A DNA stretch of 64,000 bases from Squalus acanthias (lineage: Eukaryota): NCBI GenBank assembly GCA_030390025.1, contig CM059432.1:68512001-68576000 (forward strand), written 5' to 3'. Shown here one piece after another: positions 13,077 to 24,138 of this stretch. The position numbers were made by a program, and so were the translations under genes. Position 1 is the first letter of the stretch; every line of letters starts with the position of its first letter. The notes beneath the pieces are model-generated. The model searched no databases, had not been told where the DNA came from, and worked only from the letters and a program-made list of their open reading frames with translations.

Positions 13077-14182
13077 GCCGCGATTTTGCTGGTGCTCAGA
13101 GTGCAGATTCAGAGGTGGGTCCGCTGTCAAAATCAAAATGATTGACAGCGGGTTGGGAGCCCGCTCCAAACCTGCCTCCATGTAAGTTTCCAAAGTGTCG
13201 GGTCTGCGATTTCAGAACAGACCCGACACCAAGTGGCGGGGGAGGCTTTTAAGATAGTTAAATGCTTGTTAAATGCTTGTTAACTACTATTTTGCCAGCC
13301 TATTTCTATTTTCCTACTTTTTTAACGGGCTTCATGTCGTTCGGAGATCACGTCAGGTAAGTAGATCAGGTTCTCTATGTCTCCCCATTGCTGTGAATAG
13401 GTGACAGCTACAGAAGTGGTCTGAAAGCTATCATTTCACAGCTGTTCACTTTCCAATGTCAGAAGCTTGAGTCTTCAGGACTTGGAAGACACTTTTGAGC
13501 TTAATGCAGTTTGGAAGTGTTTGGAGTAAACTCTCTATCCACTGTCACCTCCTTGGAGCAAGCTCTCTCACCATTGACAGATCACTTCTGTCATCTCAAC
13601 TTCAGCTGCCATCAATTCCAGCAACATCGGTGCCCTTGAAAAAATCTCACCTTGCTGAATCCCTCCACGATCAGCCCCAACACCAACATCACCAGGCACA
13701 CCAATACCACCAACAACAACACTAACCTTCTCCGCAATCACCTGATGCTGCACAGGACACAGGGCATCAGCACCCGACAACATTGCTTCCCGGGAGGCCA
13801 GGGACGGCCTCACCATGTCCAGATTTACTTCATTTGATACTGTACACCCTGGCTGCCACATAATGATCCAGGTTGGCACCAACTCACACCAACACCATAA
13901 AGCATCCCTACAATGTCCAAGCCATTCATTTCAGACTCACAATTGCAGGGTTGGGGGGAGGGCAAGTTATGTCGGTTTAATGGGCTGTTAACAATGTCAT
14001 AATGAGCTAAATGGACTCCCCCGCCATTGCGTGTCGGGTTTGTTCAGCCCTGACAGACCCGACATCTGGGAAAGTAGCGTGGCTGCGGGATGACAGCGGG
14101 TTCCCGACCCGCTGTCAGAAAAAAACGTTTTCTCACCCGACCAACCACTAAATGCGCCCACTGAGCCCCCCAAAAATACCCC
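13077..14182. mobile_element. Second Harbinger-derived non-autonomous element carrying only fused transposase termini
   Basis: Starts GGCCGCGATTTT and ends AAAAATACCCC. The internal 13560-13975 is the reverse complement of the family segment at 29860-30270. Confidence 0.7.
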
Positions 14183-14224
14183 TGAGAGACTGACAGAGAG
14201 AGAACGTGGTATGACTCTATGATT

Positions 14225-15856
14225 TATTGTAGGAGATCAACCTCCTGCTCTCTCGATCCTATTCGTACTAAATTACTGACAACCCAACTTTCCTTCCTGG
14301 CTCCCATGTTAGTGCATATTGTTAATGCTTCTCTCTCCTCCGGTACTGTCCCCCTTTCCTTCAAATCTTCCTTCATCACCCCTCTCCTCAAAAAATCAAC
14401 CCTTGATCCCTCCATCCTTGCAAACTTTTGCCCCATCTCCAACCTCCCTTTCCTCTCCAAAGACCTTGAATGTGCTGTCGCCTCCCAAATCCGTGCCCAT
14501 TTTTCCCAGAACTGCTTGTTTAAATCCCTTCAATCAAGCTTCTGCCCTGCCACAGTACTGAAACTGTTCTTACCAAGGTCACAAATGATATCCCAATTGA
14601 CTGTGACAAAGGTAAGCTATCCCTTCTTGTCCTTCTGGACCTGTCTGCAGCCTTTGACATGGTTGACCACAAAATTCTGCTCCAAAGCCTCTCCACCATC
14701 ATCCAGCTGGATGGGACTGACCTCGCCTGGTTTCATTCCTATCTTTCCAACCGTAACCATAGAATCACCTGCAATGGCTTCTCTTCCCGATCCCGCACTG
14801 TCACCTCTGGTGTCCCTCAAAGATCTATCCTTGGCCCCCTCCTATTTCCCATCTACATGCTGCTCCTCGGTGACATCTTCCAGCAACACAACTTGAGTTT
14901 TCACATATATGCTGATGATACCCAGCTCTACCTCTCCTCCACCTCTCTCGAACCCTCCACCGTCTCTATATTATCAGACTGCTTGTCCGACATCCAGCTC
15001 TGGATGAGTAGAAATTTCCTCCAATTAAATATCGGGAAGACCGAAGCTGTTGTCTTCGGTTCACGCCACAAACTCCGTTCCCTTTCCACTCGATCTCTCT
15101 CCCCGGCAACTGTCTAAGGCTGACCAAGTCTGTTCACAACCTTGGTGTCATATTTAATCATGAATTGAGCTTCCTACCTCATATCCGTTCTATCACTAAG
15201 ACTGCCCATTTCCACCTTCGTAATATCGCCCGTCTCTGCCCTTAGCTCAACTTATCTGCTGCTGAAACCCTCATCCATGCCTTTATCACCTCTAGACTTG
15301 ACTATTCCAATGCACCCCTGGCCGGCCTCCCTAGTTCTACCCTCCATAACCTGAGGTCATTCAAAACTCTGCTGCCCATGTGCTAACTCGTACCAAGTCC
15401 CGCTCACCCATCACCCCTGTACTCGCTGACCTACATTGGCTCCCAATTAAGCAACACCTCGATTTTAAAATTCTTATCCTTGTTTTCAAATCCCTCCATG
15501 GCCTCACCCCTCCTTATCTCTGTAATCTCCTCCAGCCCTATAATCCCCCTAGACCTCTGTGCTTTGCCTATTCTGGCCTTTTGAACATCCCTGATTTTAA
15601 ATGCTCCACCATTGGTGGTCATGTCTTCAGCTGCCTAGGTCCTAAGCTCTGGAATTCCCTCCCTAAATCTCTCCGCCTCTCCACTTCGCTTTCTTCCTTT
15701 AAGACTCCTTAATACCTACCTCTTCGACCAAACTTTTGGTCATCTGCCCTAACATCCCCTTATATGGCTTGGTGTAAAAAAAATTTATAACTCCTGTGGA
15801 GCGTCTTGGGGTGTTTTATTATGTTAAAGGTGCTGTATAAATATAAGTTGTTGTTG
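14225..15856 (+). mobile_element. L2 LINE remnant (RT domain to 3' end)
   Basis: TSCSLDPIRTKLL, LLDLSAAFDMVDH, GVPQRSILGPLLF, YADDTQLY, FLQLNIGKTE, LHWLPI; tail TATAAATATAAGTTGTTGTTG. Confidence 0.92.
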
Positions 15857-16539
15857 TATGCTTTTAGCAGCCAGACAAAAAAAAGGGCAAGCTTTTTCTC
15901 CCTGAAGGCAATTCTCCTTTAATTAGGCGTGGGCTGCAGCAGCACTCTGTTAATTACAAATCTGTGCTTGCAGGCTGTGGAGGTAAGATTGTTAAACACG
16001 GGACTGCTACAAACTGCGGGGGGAAGTGTGAATACAGCCGACTTCTAATCACTCGCCATGGAGGAGACTCGAATTTCTGAGACAATTGGACTGTGTTGAT
16101 AGAGAAACAGAAAGACGCCACTCTCCTGGTTCCTGGCCCAGGGCTTTCCTGCAATCTTACTGCAAAGTTTGTTCATTTCCACCCTCCGGGATTAACTCGT
16201 GTCAGTTACAGCAAAGTGGGAGGGCAGCTGGTCAGTTTCAGCTCACGAGCAGTGAGGAAGAGCCTAGAGCATGGGAGGGCAGGTACAGTCCTGCCAATCA
16301 ATCAGGCCAGGTAACGGGAGCCCGTCCCTTTTCAGAATTGGAACATTATATATCAAGGCACACAGGGCATGCAGGCAGAGTTCGCATTTTTTCTGTACAG
16401 AAGTTCTGGTTTGGAATTAATCAACCCTTCAACTCGCGAGTTTTCTGAGTTAAATCGCGAGATCACGAGTTGGGGAGGATTTTCATTAAAAATCGCATGT
16501 TCGCGATTAAATCGCAAGAGTTGGCATTGCGGCTTAATT

Positions 16540-19136
16540 GGGTTGGATTTTAATGTGTAGGAGCGCATGGGTTTGGTTGTGGGTGGGGGGTTAAATTGAC
16601 AGCGTGTCAGGAAGCCGGCTCCAACCCGCCAACTTCCAGGTTTCACTCCAGTGCGTTACGCTGCGTGCGAGCAACCCCTGCAGGTGGACCAAGGCACAGA
16701 TCTCAGAGCCTCCTCCTCAGAGGATTCCAAGGAGGAGGAGGAAGACGAAGAGGCAGAAGGTGATGAGAGTAATGCACTACCAGTGGCGCACTTTGCTGCG
16801 TGGGATGCACCAACTGACCTGATTATTGCGAGGTTCACTTAGGTTCCACCAGTGCACCAATCCCACAACCTCATGCAAAAGCCACTTACCCTCTCACGCC
16901 GGCCGCCACCCCACCAATGCCACTAACACGAAGCAGCCCTGCAAACAACCAAGCATCCCTTTCATATCTCCCCATTGGTCGCCACCAATTTAGGTCTTCC
17001 CATTCATCATCAAACAACTGAAAATGCCACTTGCCAAACAGCACCCAAGAATGGGCAACACGAGAAAGTGGTGCAAAACAGTAATATTTGTGTGCTTTAA
17101 ATGAAGAAAGGACACTTAACAGTACAACAATGTGTAAGACACCCACGTGCATACCCTGTGCAACTACAAATCTTTACTCTTACTTTTCCCAGTACTTCTA
17201 TATGGTGCAACCCCTGTGGCTTGAGCAGAAGTTGAGGCAGGCTGCTCCGATCCCTGCTCTGACTGCTGAGATGCTCTTGGACGATGTCCTCTGAGTGTTG
17301 GAGTCCGTGAGGGCCCCGCCAAAGACTGCGCCACCTGCACCTGTGCAGGGGCAGACTCGACCTTCAGGACATGAGGCAGCATGTGGGATACTGACTGAGG
17401 TGGGGGGCAATGGGTGAGAAGTGGAAGCGCTGTGAGCGGAGTCTCCGCTTCCATGTCCCCTTTTGGGATCATCCTTCTCATGGCCCAGCCGCACTTTGCT
17501 GCAGATCAGTGGGGCGCTGCAAGGCCAAGGCTAGGGTATTATTCATCCTATTTAAGATGGTAGCCAGAGTCTGCAAGCCCTTGTTCAAGGCTTGTTTGAT
17601 TGCCATGTTTGATGCTCCATGCAGTTGGCCACTCCATCCATGGAAGAAGACATCATCGCAATGGCCTGCGACAGCATTTGACTCATGCTTGAAGCTGACT
17701 CCTCCAATCTCTCTGCAGTTATCAACAGTGTACTTGGAATACCTGTCAGGACATCGCATAATCTCTGCTGCTGCTCAATGATTATCCTCTTCATCGACGG
17801 CCCCCAGGATACATCATCTGCATCCAGCTGAAGCAGAGCTTGTACAGGCCTGTGCCTTCCGATGCGAACTCTCCTCAGCTGTCCCTGACTTCACCTCTCG
17901 CTCTTGCTCACTTGTGAAGTGCAAGTCACCAGGTGAAAACCCAACTATCTCTGTAACTGGTCCCACCGAAGTGCGAGTATCTGAGCTGGTACATGGTAAG
18001 CATGAGTCCTGTGACAGCGAACCATCAGAGGGATTTAGCTCCTCTGAGGAATTGTCATTGCCGACCCCAACCAACTCCTGCTGGATGCGTGAAAGCCCTG
18101 TAGGAGATAAAAGACACGAGTACTGTCAAGGTAAGAATGTTAGAAGTTACCATTATGAACATGATCATATTTCACTCGCTGTTGACATCAAGTCAACATG
18201 AGAGAGTGTTGTATGCCATGTGGCTGTCTGATATTTTATTCTGTCACCAAGTAGCTGGAAGACCCCCATCTCCCCATCTCCGACAGCCAGGCACGCTGAG
18301 ACTCCGCTGATCTCCAGCGCCTCCTCCTCTGCAGCTGTTAAATGTGAGAAGGCTGGAGGGCCACCTCCAGTTCTCTGCCTCTCCCTGGTGTTTCTGCTCT
18401 CCTACTCCAAGGAGGGAAAGAAAAGACCTATGAGTGAGAGTGATGGCTTGTGTTCACCCGATGGATGGAGAACATTTGTTGAGGGTGACTATGAGGGAGA
18501 GTCATGACATTGCATAAGGATGAGGGTGAATGTCAGTGATGGATAGAAGATGTGGATGTGAGGAAGTGCATAGACAGAAAGGGATGGGTGCACCTGCAAG
18601 GTAAGTTGGTGTGAGGAGTGATATGCTGCAGTAGGCTTGAGAAGGCAGAATGCAGGGTTTAGGGAGATAAACACATCAGGATGTAGGTGAATGTGCCATT
18701 GCTCTCACCTTGCCTGCCTGGTTTGGTCATTAAACTACTTCCTGCATTGGATCCAGGAGCATGGCACAACGCTCCTGCTGCTGACCTCTTCTGCCATCTC
18801 CCTCCAGGTACTCACAGCCCCCAAAAGCACATCCAGAGAGGTATCTGTGAAGTGGGGCACAGCCTTTGAACATTTCACTTACATTTCTGACCTTCCTCCT
18901 CTTCTTCCCAACTCCAACCCCTTCAACTTGCCTGTTTGGATTGCCCCTTTAAATACTGGAGTTGCGATCACGTCATGTGGGACGTCATCATGCCCGCTGA
19001 CGCTGATTGGACTGGAAATACTAATGAAGTGGCCGTGTTAAAAAGCCACTGACAGACACGCTTAACATATTTCCGGGTTTCCCATGCGCTATCGGGTCCC
19101 CCGGTCCCAGCGTGTCTGCACATTAAAATTCAGCCC
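16540..19136 (-). mobile_element. Internally deleted PIF/Harbinger transposon with a 3-exon Myb/SANT pseudogene on - and a transposase C-terminal stub on +
   Basis: TIRs GGGTTGGATTTTAATGTGTAG and rc GGGCTGAATTTTAATGTGCAG (18/21). Minus-strand exons at ~18709-18880, ~18250-18410 and ~17164-18097 are homologous to the gene at 43384-45277. The + strand at 16670-16842 ends AHFAAWDAPTDLIIARFT*. Confidence 0.85.
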
Positions 19137-19524
19137 AAATATATTTGGCCCCAAAAACCCAAAGCGATGCGATGTCAGCAATTACGCTGGGATCACACCC
19201 GCCCATGACCTCCGCTGTTGGCCCTGCTGGAGTATGCAGGATCAATGAGGTCACCCTATTTAAATATTGCCCGCGCCATGTAGGGCACATCTCGGGCACC
19301 CGTCAGCCTGCGCAGGCTGGAAAGTCCAACACCTGCTGTTGTCTGCTGGGATGACTAGTTCCCTCCCTTCAGAAAAAATATTTTGTGGCCCCTTCGGCCC
19401 CATTTGTAAGGGGACTGATAATATCAGTTTAAGAAAACAATCCTGGATGACCTGCCTTCAGTGGTCCAAGCCATAACTCAAGATTGGACCCTCTTCTCAC
19501 TAGGCATACTGGCCACCACTGTTC

Positions 19525-19885
19525 TAGGCTGACACTCCAGTGCAGTGCTGCACTGTCGGAGGTGCTGTCTTTCAGATGAGACATTAAACTGAGGTCCCGT
19601 CTGCTCTCTCAGGTAGACGTAAAAGATCCCATGGCACTATTTTGAAGAAGAGCAGGAGAGTTATCCCCGGTGTCCTGCCCAATATTTATCCCTCAATCAA
19701 CATAACAAAAAACAATTATCTGGACATTATCACATTGCTGTTTATGGGAGCTTGCTGTGTGCAAATTGACTGCCGTGTTTCCTACATTACAACAGTGACT
19801 ACACTTCAGAAATATTGCATTGGCTGTAAAGCATTTTGAGACATCCGGTGGTTGTGAAAGGCGCTATATAAATGCAAGTCTTTCT
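19525..19885 (+). mobile_element. Deu-domain SINE (SacSINE1/AmnSINE1-like), 5'-truncated
   Basis: GGAGGTGCTGTCTTTCAGATGAGACATTAAAC...GTAAAAGATCCCATGGCACTAT core; L2-like tail GGCGCTATATAAATGCAAGT. Confidence 0.85.
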
Positions 19886-20291
19886 TTTCTTCCAGGCCTC
19901 TGAGGGGCCAAGGTTGCAGGAATTCCCAATGAAGGGAGCCGCAGCCCCCAGCCTCCCCCGCCATGTCATTTGCCTTGTAAGGGGTGGGCAAAACCTCTGC
20001 CCCATACAAGGCCATTCGGAAACTCAGTGTGAAGGTCCCAGCTTAGATTGCAGCACTTCTGCCGGAATTGTGGCAGTCGCTTACTGGAAGGACATTGGAA
20101 TTTCAGCCCCACTAAAGTTACATTTCATTACCAGTTTAATTTAGCAATGCTGTAGGGAATCCTTCTCCCTCCCCCACACCCACAAAAAGATACACATACA
20201 GCAAAGTTCATGCTATTTGCTGCTTTTGTATTTACAAGCTGACCTGTGTGACACTAAGTTTATATCCACTACAGTGACCCCATTTTTCTGA

Positions 20292-23165
20292 TACTACTAC
20301 TACTTTCATATGACGGGAAAAGCTTATAATGTCTAGTCACCGCTTATAAAGCTTATAGGGGGGAAAAATTCGGTCACGCCCCCTTTGGGGCGCTAACTTC
20401 ACTGGGGCGCTACTTTTAGCGCCCCGACTATGTTAGCACCCCCACGCCATAAATTGAGTGGTAGCGCCCCAAGCAGGAGGCGGGGCGCTACTGGAAGCGC
20501 TCCCCCTCCCTCCTGGGGCGCTACCATTCAATATCGCGGTGCTACGTGCAACAGCACCACACGTGTCGGCACGTAGCACCTCTGTATTACAGGCCTTTAA
20601 TCAGGGGAGAGGCCTAGCGCAGCACGCACCAGGGCCCTGCTGGACCACCGGGGAGCGGGGTGCCGGGAAAAAAGCCCGGCACGAAGATCGATCACGGCTG
20701 GCACCCCGCATGAGGAGACAAAAGGGGGCAGGTGCTGGCAGGCGGCCCAAAAAAAATGGCTGCCCGGCACCTGCCCTTTAATTATCGCCACTGCAGCTGC
20801 AAAAACACCACCCTGACCCTGTCTGACATATCGTCCAGCGGTAGGTCAAGGGGCGCGACCAAAGTTTGCGGCCGGGGTGCTAGTGGGGCACTGCACCGCC
20901 GCTAACCTCCCGCTGAATTTCGTGGGAGGTGTTAGTGGCGCCCCCCCTGGGGCGCTAACGGGAAGCGCAAAGCAACCCAATTTTTCCCCCATAATGTCTA
21001 GTTTGGCTATCTATTCAATGGTCTCCTGAGATGCTGAGTGGAGAAATGAGGTGCCTCCCACAAGAGATCTTAGTGGGTAGGTTGATGTGATGTGTTCCAT
21101 GGACTGGGACTCATGGCCATAGTCATACTTCAGGTCATCCCTCATCTTCCACTTGTGGAGCAGGTGGCCCCATCATTCATTCCCTGTGTGGATTCGGTTG
21201 AGTGCTGTCCACTGTCTTCGAGGGAGGTCGATGCCAGGGACCTCTGCTGTTGGGTCAGTGATGAGCTGTTGGTTCTTTAGGTTGCATGTGTCCCACGATT
21301 CCGTCCATCTAGATAATGTGTTGATACCAGCTACATGAATATTGGCTGCTGTTTCCCACAGTGGCCGGCACGAATTTAAGTGCATTCGTGGTGGCTTTTT
21401 CGAATCTTGGGAAGGTGGGTTTATCAAGTGAATGGGAAGGTCGATGTTGCTCATGAAATTTTCCCTCTCACGGAGCACGGTGGCATCGCCGTGACTGGCA
21501 GGCGGGGCAATGTGGGACAGCACCGGGAGCCACTCAGTTGGAGTGGACTTAAGTGTCCCTGACACCATCCTCATGGCGGCGTTTAGCTGCATGTCCATGA
21601 TCTTTGTGTGACAGCTGCAGGACCATGAGGCAGAGCAATATTCTGCAGCAGTGTAGACCAGGGCCACTATTGCAGTGCGAAGTGTTCTGGCTGCGCTCCC
21701 CCATGATGTTCCAGTGAGTTTTCAGACCAGGTTCTCCCTGGTTTTTACTTTTTGGCTGGTGTTGATGAGATAGGTGAGAGTCCTGTCCAGGGTGACGCCC
21801 ATGTATTTTGAGTGGGGTTCATGGGTAAGTTGCCTTCCACAGAAGGAAATGTTGAATTCTTTCCTGGTGGCTTTGTTGTTCAGATGGAACGCCAACACAA
21901 CTATCTTCTCTGGATTTGGGTGGAGGCGCCAGGTCCAGAAGTAGCATTCTAGTAGGTCCAGGTCACCTGTGACGTTCTGCTTGCTTCCTCTAGCGTTGAT
22001 GCCTGCATCAGCAGTGCTATGTCATCGGCATAGGCGAACTTCCGGGATTCGGTGCAGGGCATGTCCACCATATAGATGTTGAAAAAGGCCAGCGCGAGCA
22101 CCGACCCGTGTGGCAGACCGTTGTTGAGCGTCTGTGTTTGGCTGGTCTTGTCACCAAGATAGACGCGGAACTCACAGTTGCTCGTTGGGGAGTTGATAGC
22201 CCTGAGAGTCTTATGGCATTGAATGATTATTGAATGCTTCAGTAGCAGGCCTTCGTGCCAGACAGTGTTGTATGCCGATGACAAATCTATGAAGGCAGCT
22301 CCAATCTTCAGCTGCTTCTGGATCCTTGCCTCAATGTTGGTAGTGAATGCAAGGACCCGGTCAGAGCAGCTTCTTCCCTCTCTGAAGCCCGCCTGCTCAT
22401 TTGGGAGGGCGGTTTCTAAAGCCGGTTTTATCCGGTTAAGGATGAGCCGTTCAAGCACCTTGTAGAACGTAGACAGAAGGGCGATGGGGTGGTAGCTTTT
22501 GGGATCATTGGCTGGTTTTCCTGGCTTTAGGATGGCAACAACTCAGGAATAGCGCAAGACTTCTGGGATTATCCCAGTGTCAAGCACGTTGAAGGCGAGT
22601 TTGGCAAGCCACATCCATCCATTTGGCCCCTGGTTCTTGAGGAAATCTGGGTAGATGCCATCGATCCCGGTGGCCTCCCCATACTTGGTGGCTGTCAGCT
22701 TTGAGTCTATCTCTTCGACGGTGAAGGCCGCTGAATAGGTGGTGTGCAGAGCGGCTTTTTGCAGAGAGAGCTTAAGCAGCTTTTTCACTCTGCGCTTGTT
22801 TTCGGCGGTAGTCGTTGCCTTTGAGTTGGTTAGGAAGTGGTCAGCAATGGCATCTGCACTGACCTTTGGTGCCTCAAGTGGGGGCAGTGAGGCAGAGCAG
22901 GATCCAGGATTTCCTGCTGGAGTGTGAGAAATCCAGGTTTTCGGTGGTCCTTCGTCTCTGGAATCCTTGAGTGCTGTTGCTGTTTCCGGGTCTTGAGTGG
23001 CATTGAACTCTGCCTGATGTCTCTCTCTCTCCTTGGACCAGCATGGCACGTATTCTTTCCTGTAGTCGCGTGGGATGCTTCTGGCGGCCCCCACTTTCAG
23101 CAGTCGAGCAACACGGTCGTAGTTGTTTGGGGACGGCGGTATTCTCTGGATTGTACACTCTTCTA
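20292..23165 (-). mobile_element. Vingi/Ingi-like non-LTR retrotransposon remnant
   Basis: Minus-strand frames give KPGKPANDPKSYHPIALLS, LERLILNRI, QAGFREGRSC, YADDIAL, LVYTAAEYCSASW, WTALNRIHTG and MEHIT. Short 3' end with a (TAG)n tail at 20292-20304. Many frameshifts. Confidence 0.75.
20358..20990. mobile_element. Harbinger-type MITE inserted in the Vingi 3' end
   Basis: TIR GGGGGAAAAATT/AATTTTTCCCCC, TSD ATA. GGCGCTA-rich subterminal motifs resemble 9455-10347. Confidence 0.85.
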
Positions 23166-23446
23166 ATTCTGCCCTCTTGAGCATCCCTGATTACAATTGC
23201 TCAGCCATTGGTGGCCGTGCCTTCTGTTGCCTAGGCCCTAAGCTCTGGAATTCCCTGCCTAAACCTCTCCACCTCTCTACCTTACTTTCCTCCTTTAAGA
23301 CGCTCCTTAAAACCTACCTGTTTGGTCATCTGCCCTAATTTCTCCTTGTGACTGTGTCAAATTATTTCTCTTATAGTACTCCTGTGAAGTGCCGTGGGAC
23401 GTTTTACTACATTAAGATGCTATATAAATACAAGTTGTTGTTATTG
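23165..23446 (+). mobile_element. L2 3'-end fragment
   Basis: Homologous to 15570-15856 (GGRAFCCLGPKLWNSLP); tail TATAAATACAAGTTGTTGTTATTG. Confidence 0.85.
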
Positions 23447-24138
23447 TCGGGGAACATAGGGTCTAATGAGAGGGAGGAACTGAATGAAATCAGTATTTGT
23501 AGGGAAATGGTATTAGGGAAATTGACGGGATTGAAGGCTGATAAATCTCCAGGGCCTGATAATCTACATCCTAGGGTACTTAAGGAAGTGGCCCTAGAAA
23601 TAGTAGATGCATTGCTGGTCATCTTCCAAAATTCCATAGACTCTGGAACAGTTCCCATGGATTGGAGGGTAGCTAATGTAACCCCACTATTTAAAAAAGG
23701 TGGTAGAGAGAAAACCGGGAATTATAGACCGGTAAGCCTGACATCGGTAGTGGGGAAAATGCTAGAGTCCATTGTAAAAGATGTAATAGCAGAGCACTTG
23801 GAAAACAGTGACAGGATCGGACAAAGTCAACATGGATTTACAAAAGGTAAATCATGCTTGACTAATCTACTGGAATTTTTTGAGGATGTAACTGGTAGAA
23901 TAGATAAGGGAGAACCAGTGGATGTGGTGTATTTGGACTTTCAGAAGGCTTTCGATAAGGTCCCGCATAAGAGATTAGCGTGCAAAGTTAAAGCACATGG
24001 GATTGGGGGTAAGGTACTGAATTGGATAGAAAATTGGTTGGCAGACAGGAAGCAAAGAGTTGGAATAAACGGGTCTTTTTCCGAGTGGCAGGCAGTGACT
24101 AGTGGGGTACCGCAGGGATCGGTGCTAGGATCCCAGTT
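23447..24138 (+). mobile_element. Internal CR1 ORF2 fragment, same subfamily as 32534-35885
   Basis: Open frame EREELNEISICREMVLGKL...YLDFQKAFDKVPH...GVPQGSVLGSQLF, ending abruptly against the next CR1. Confidence 0.9.
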
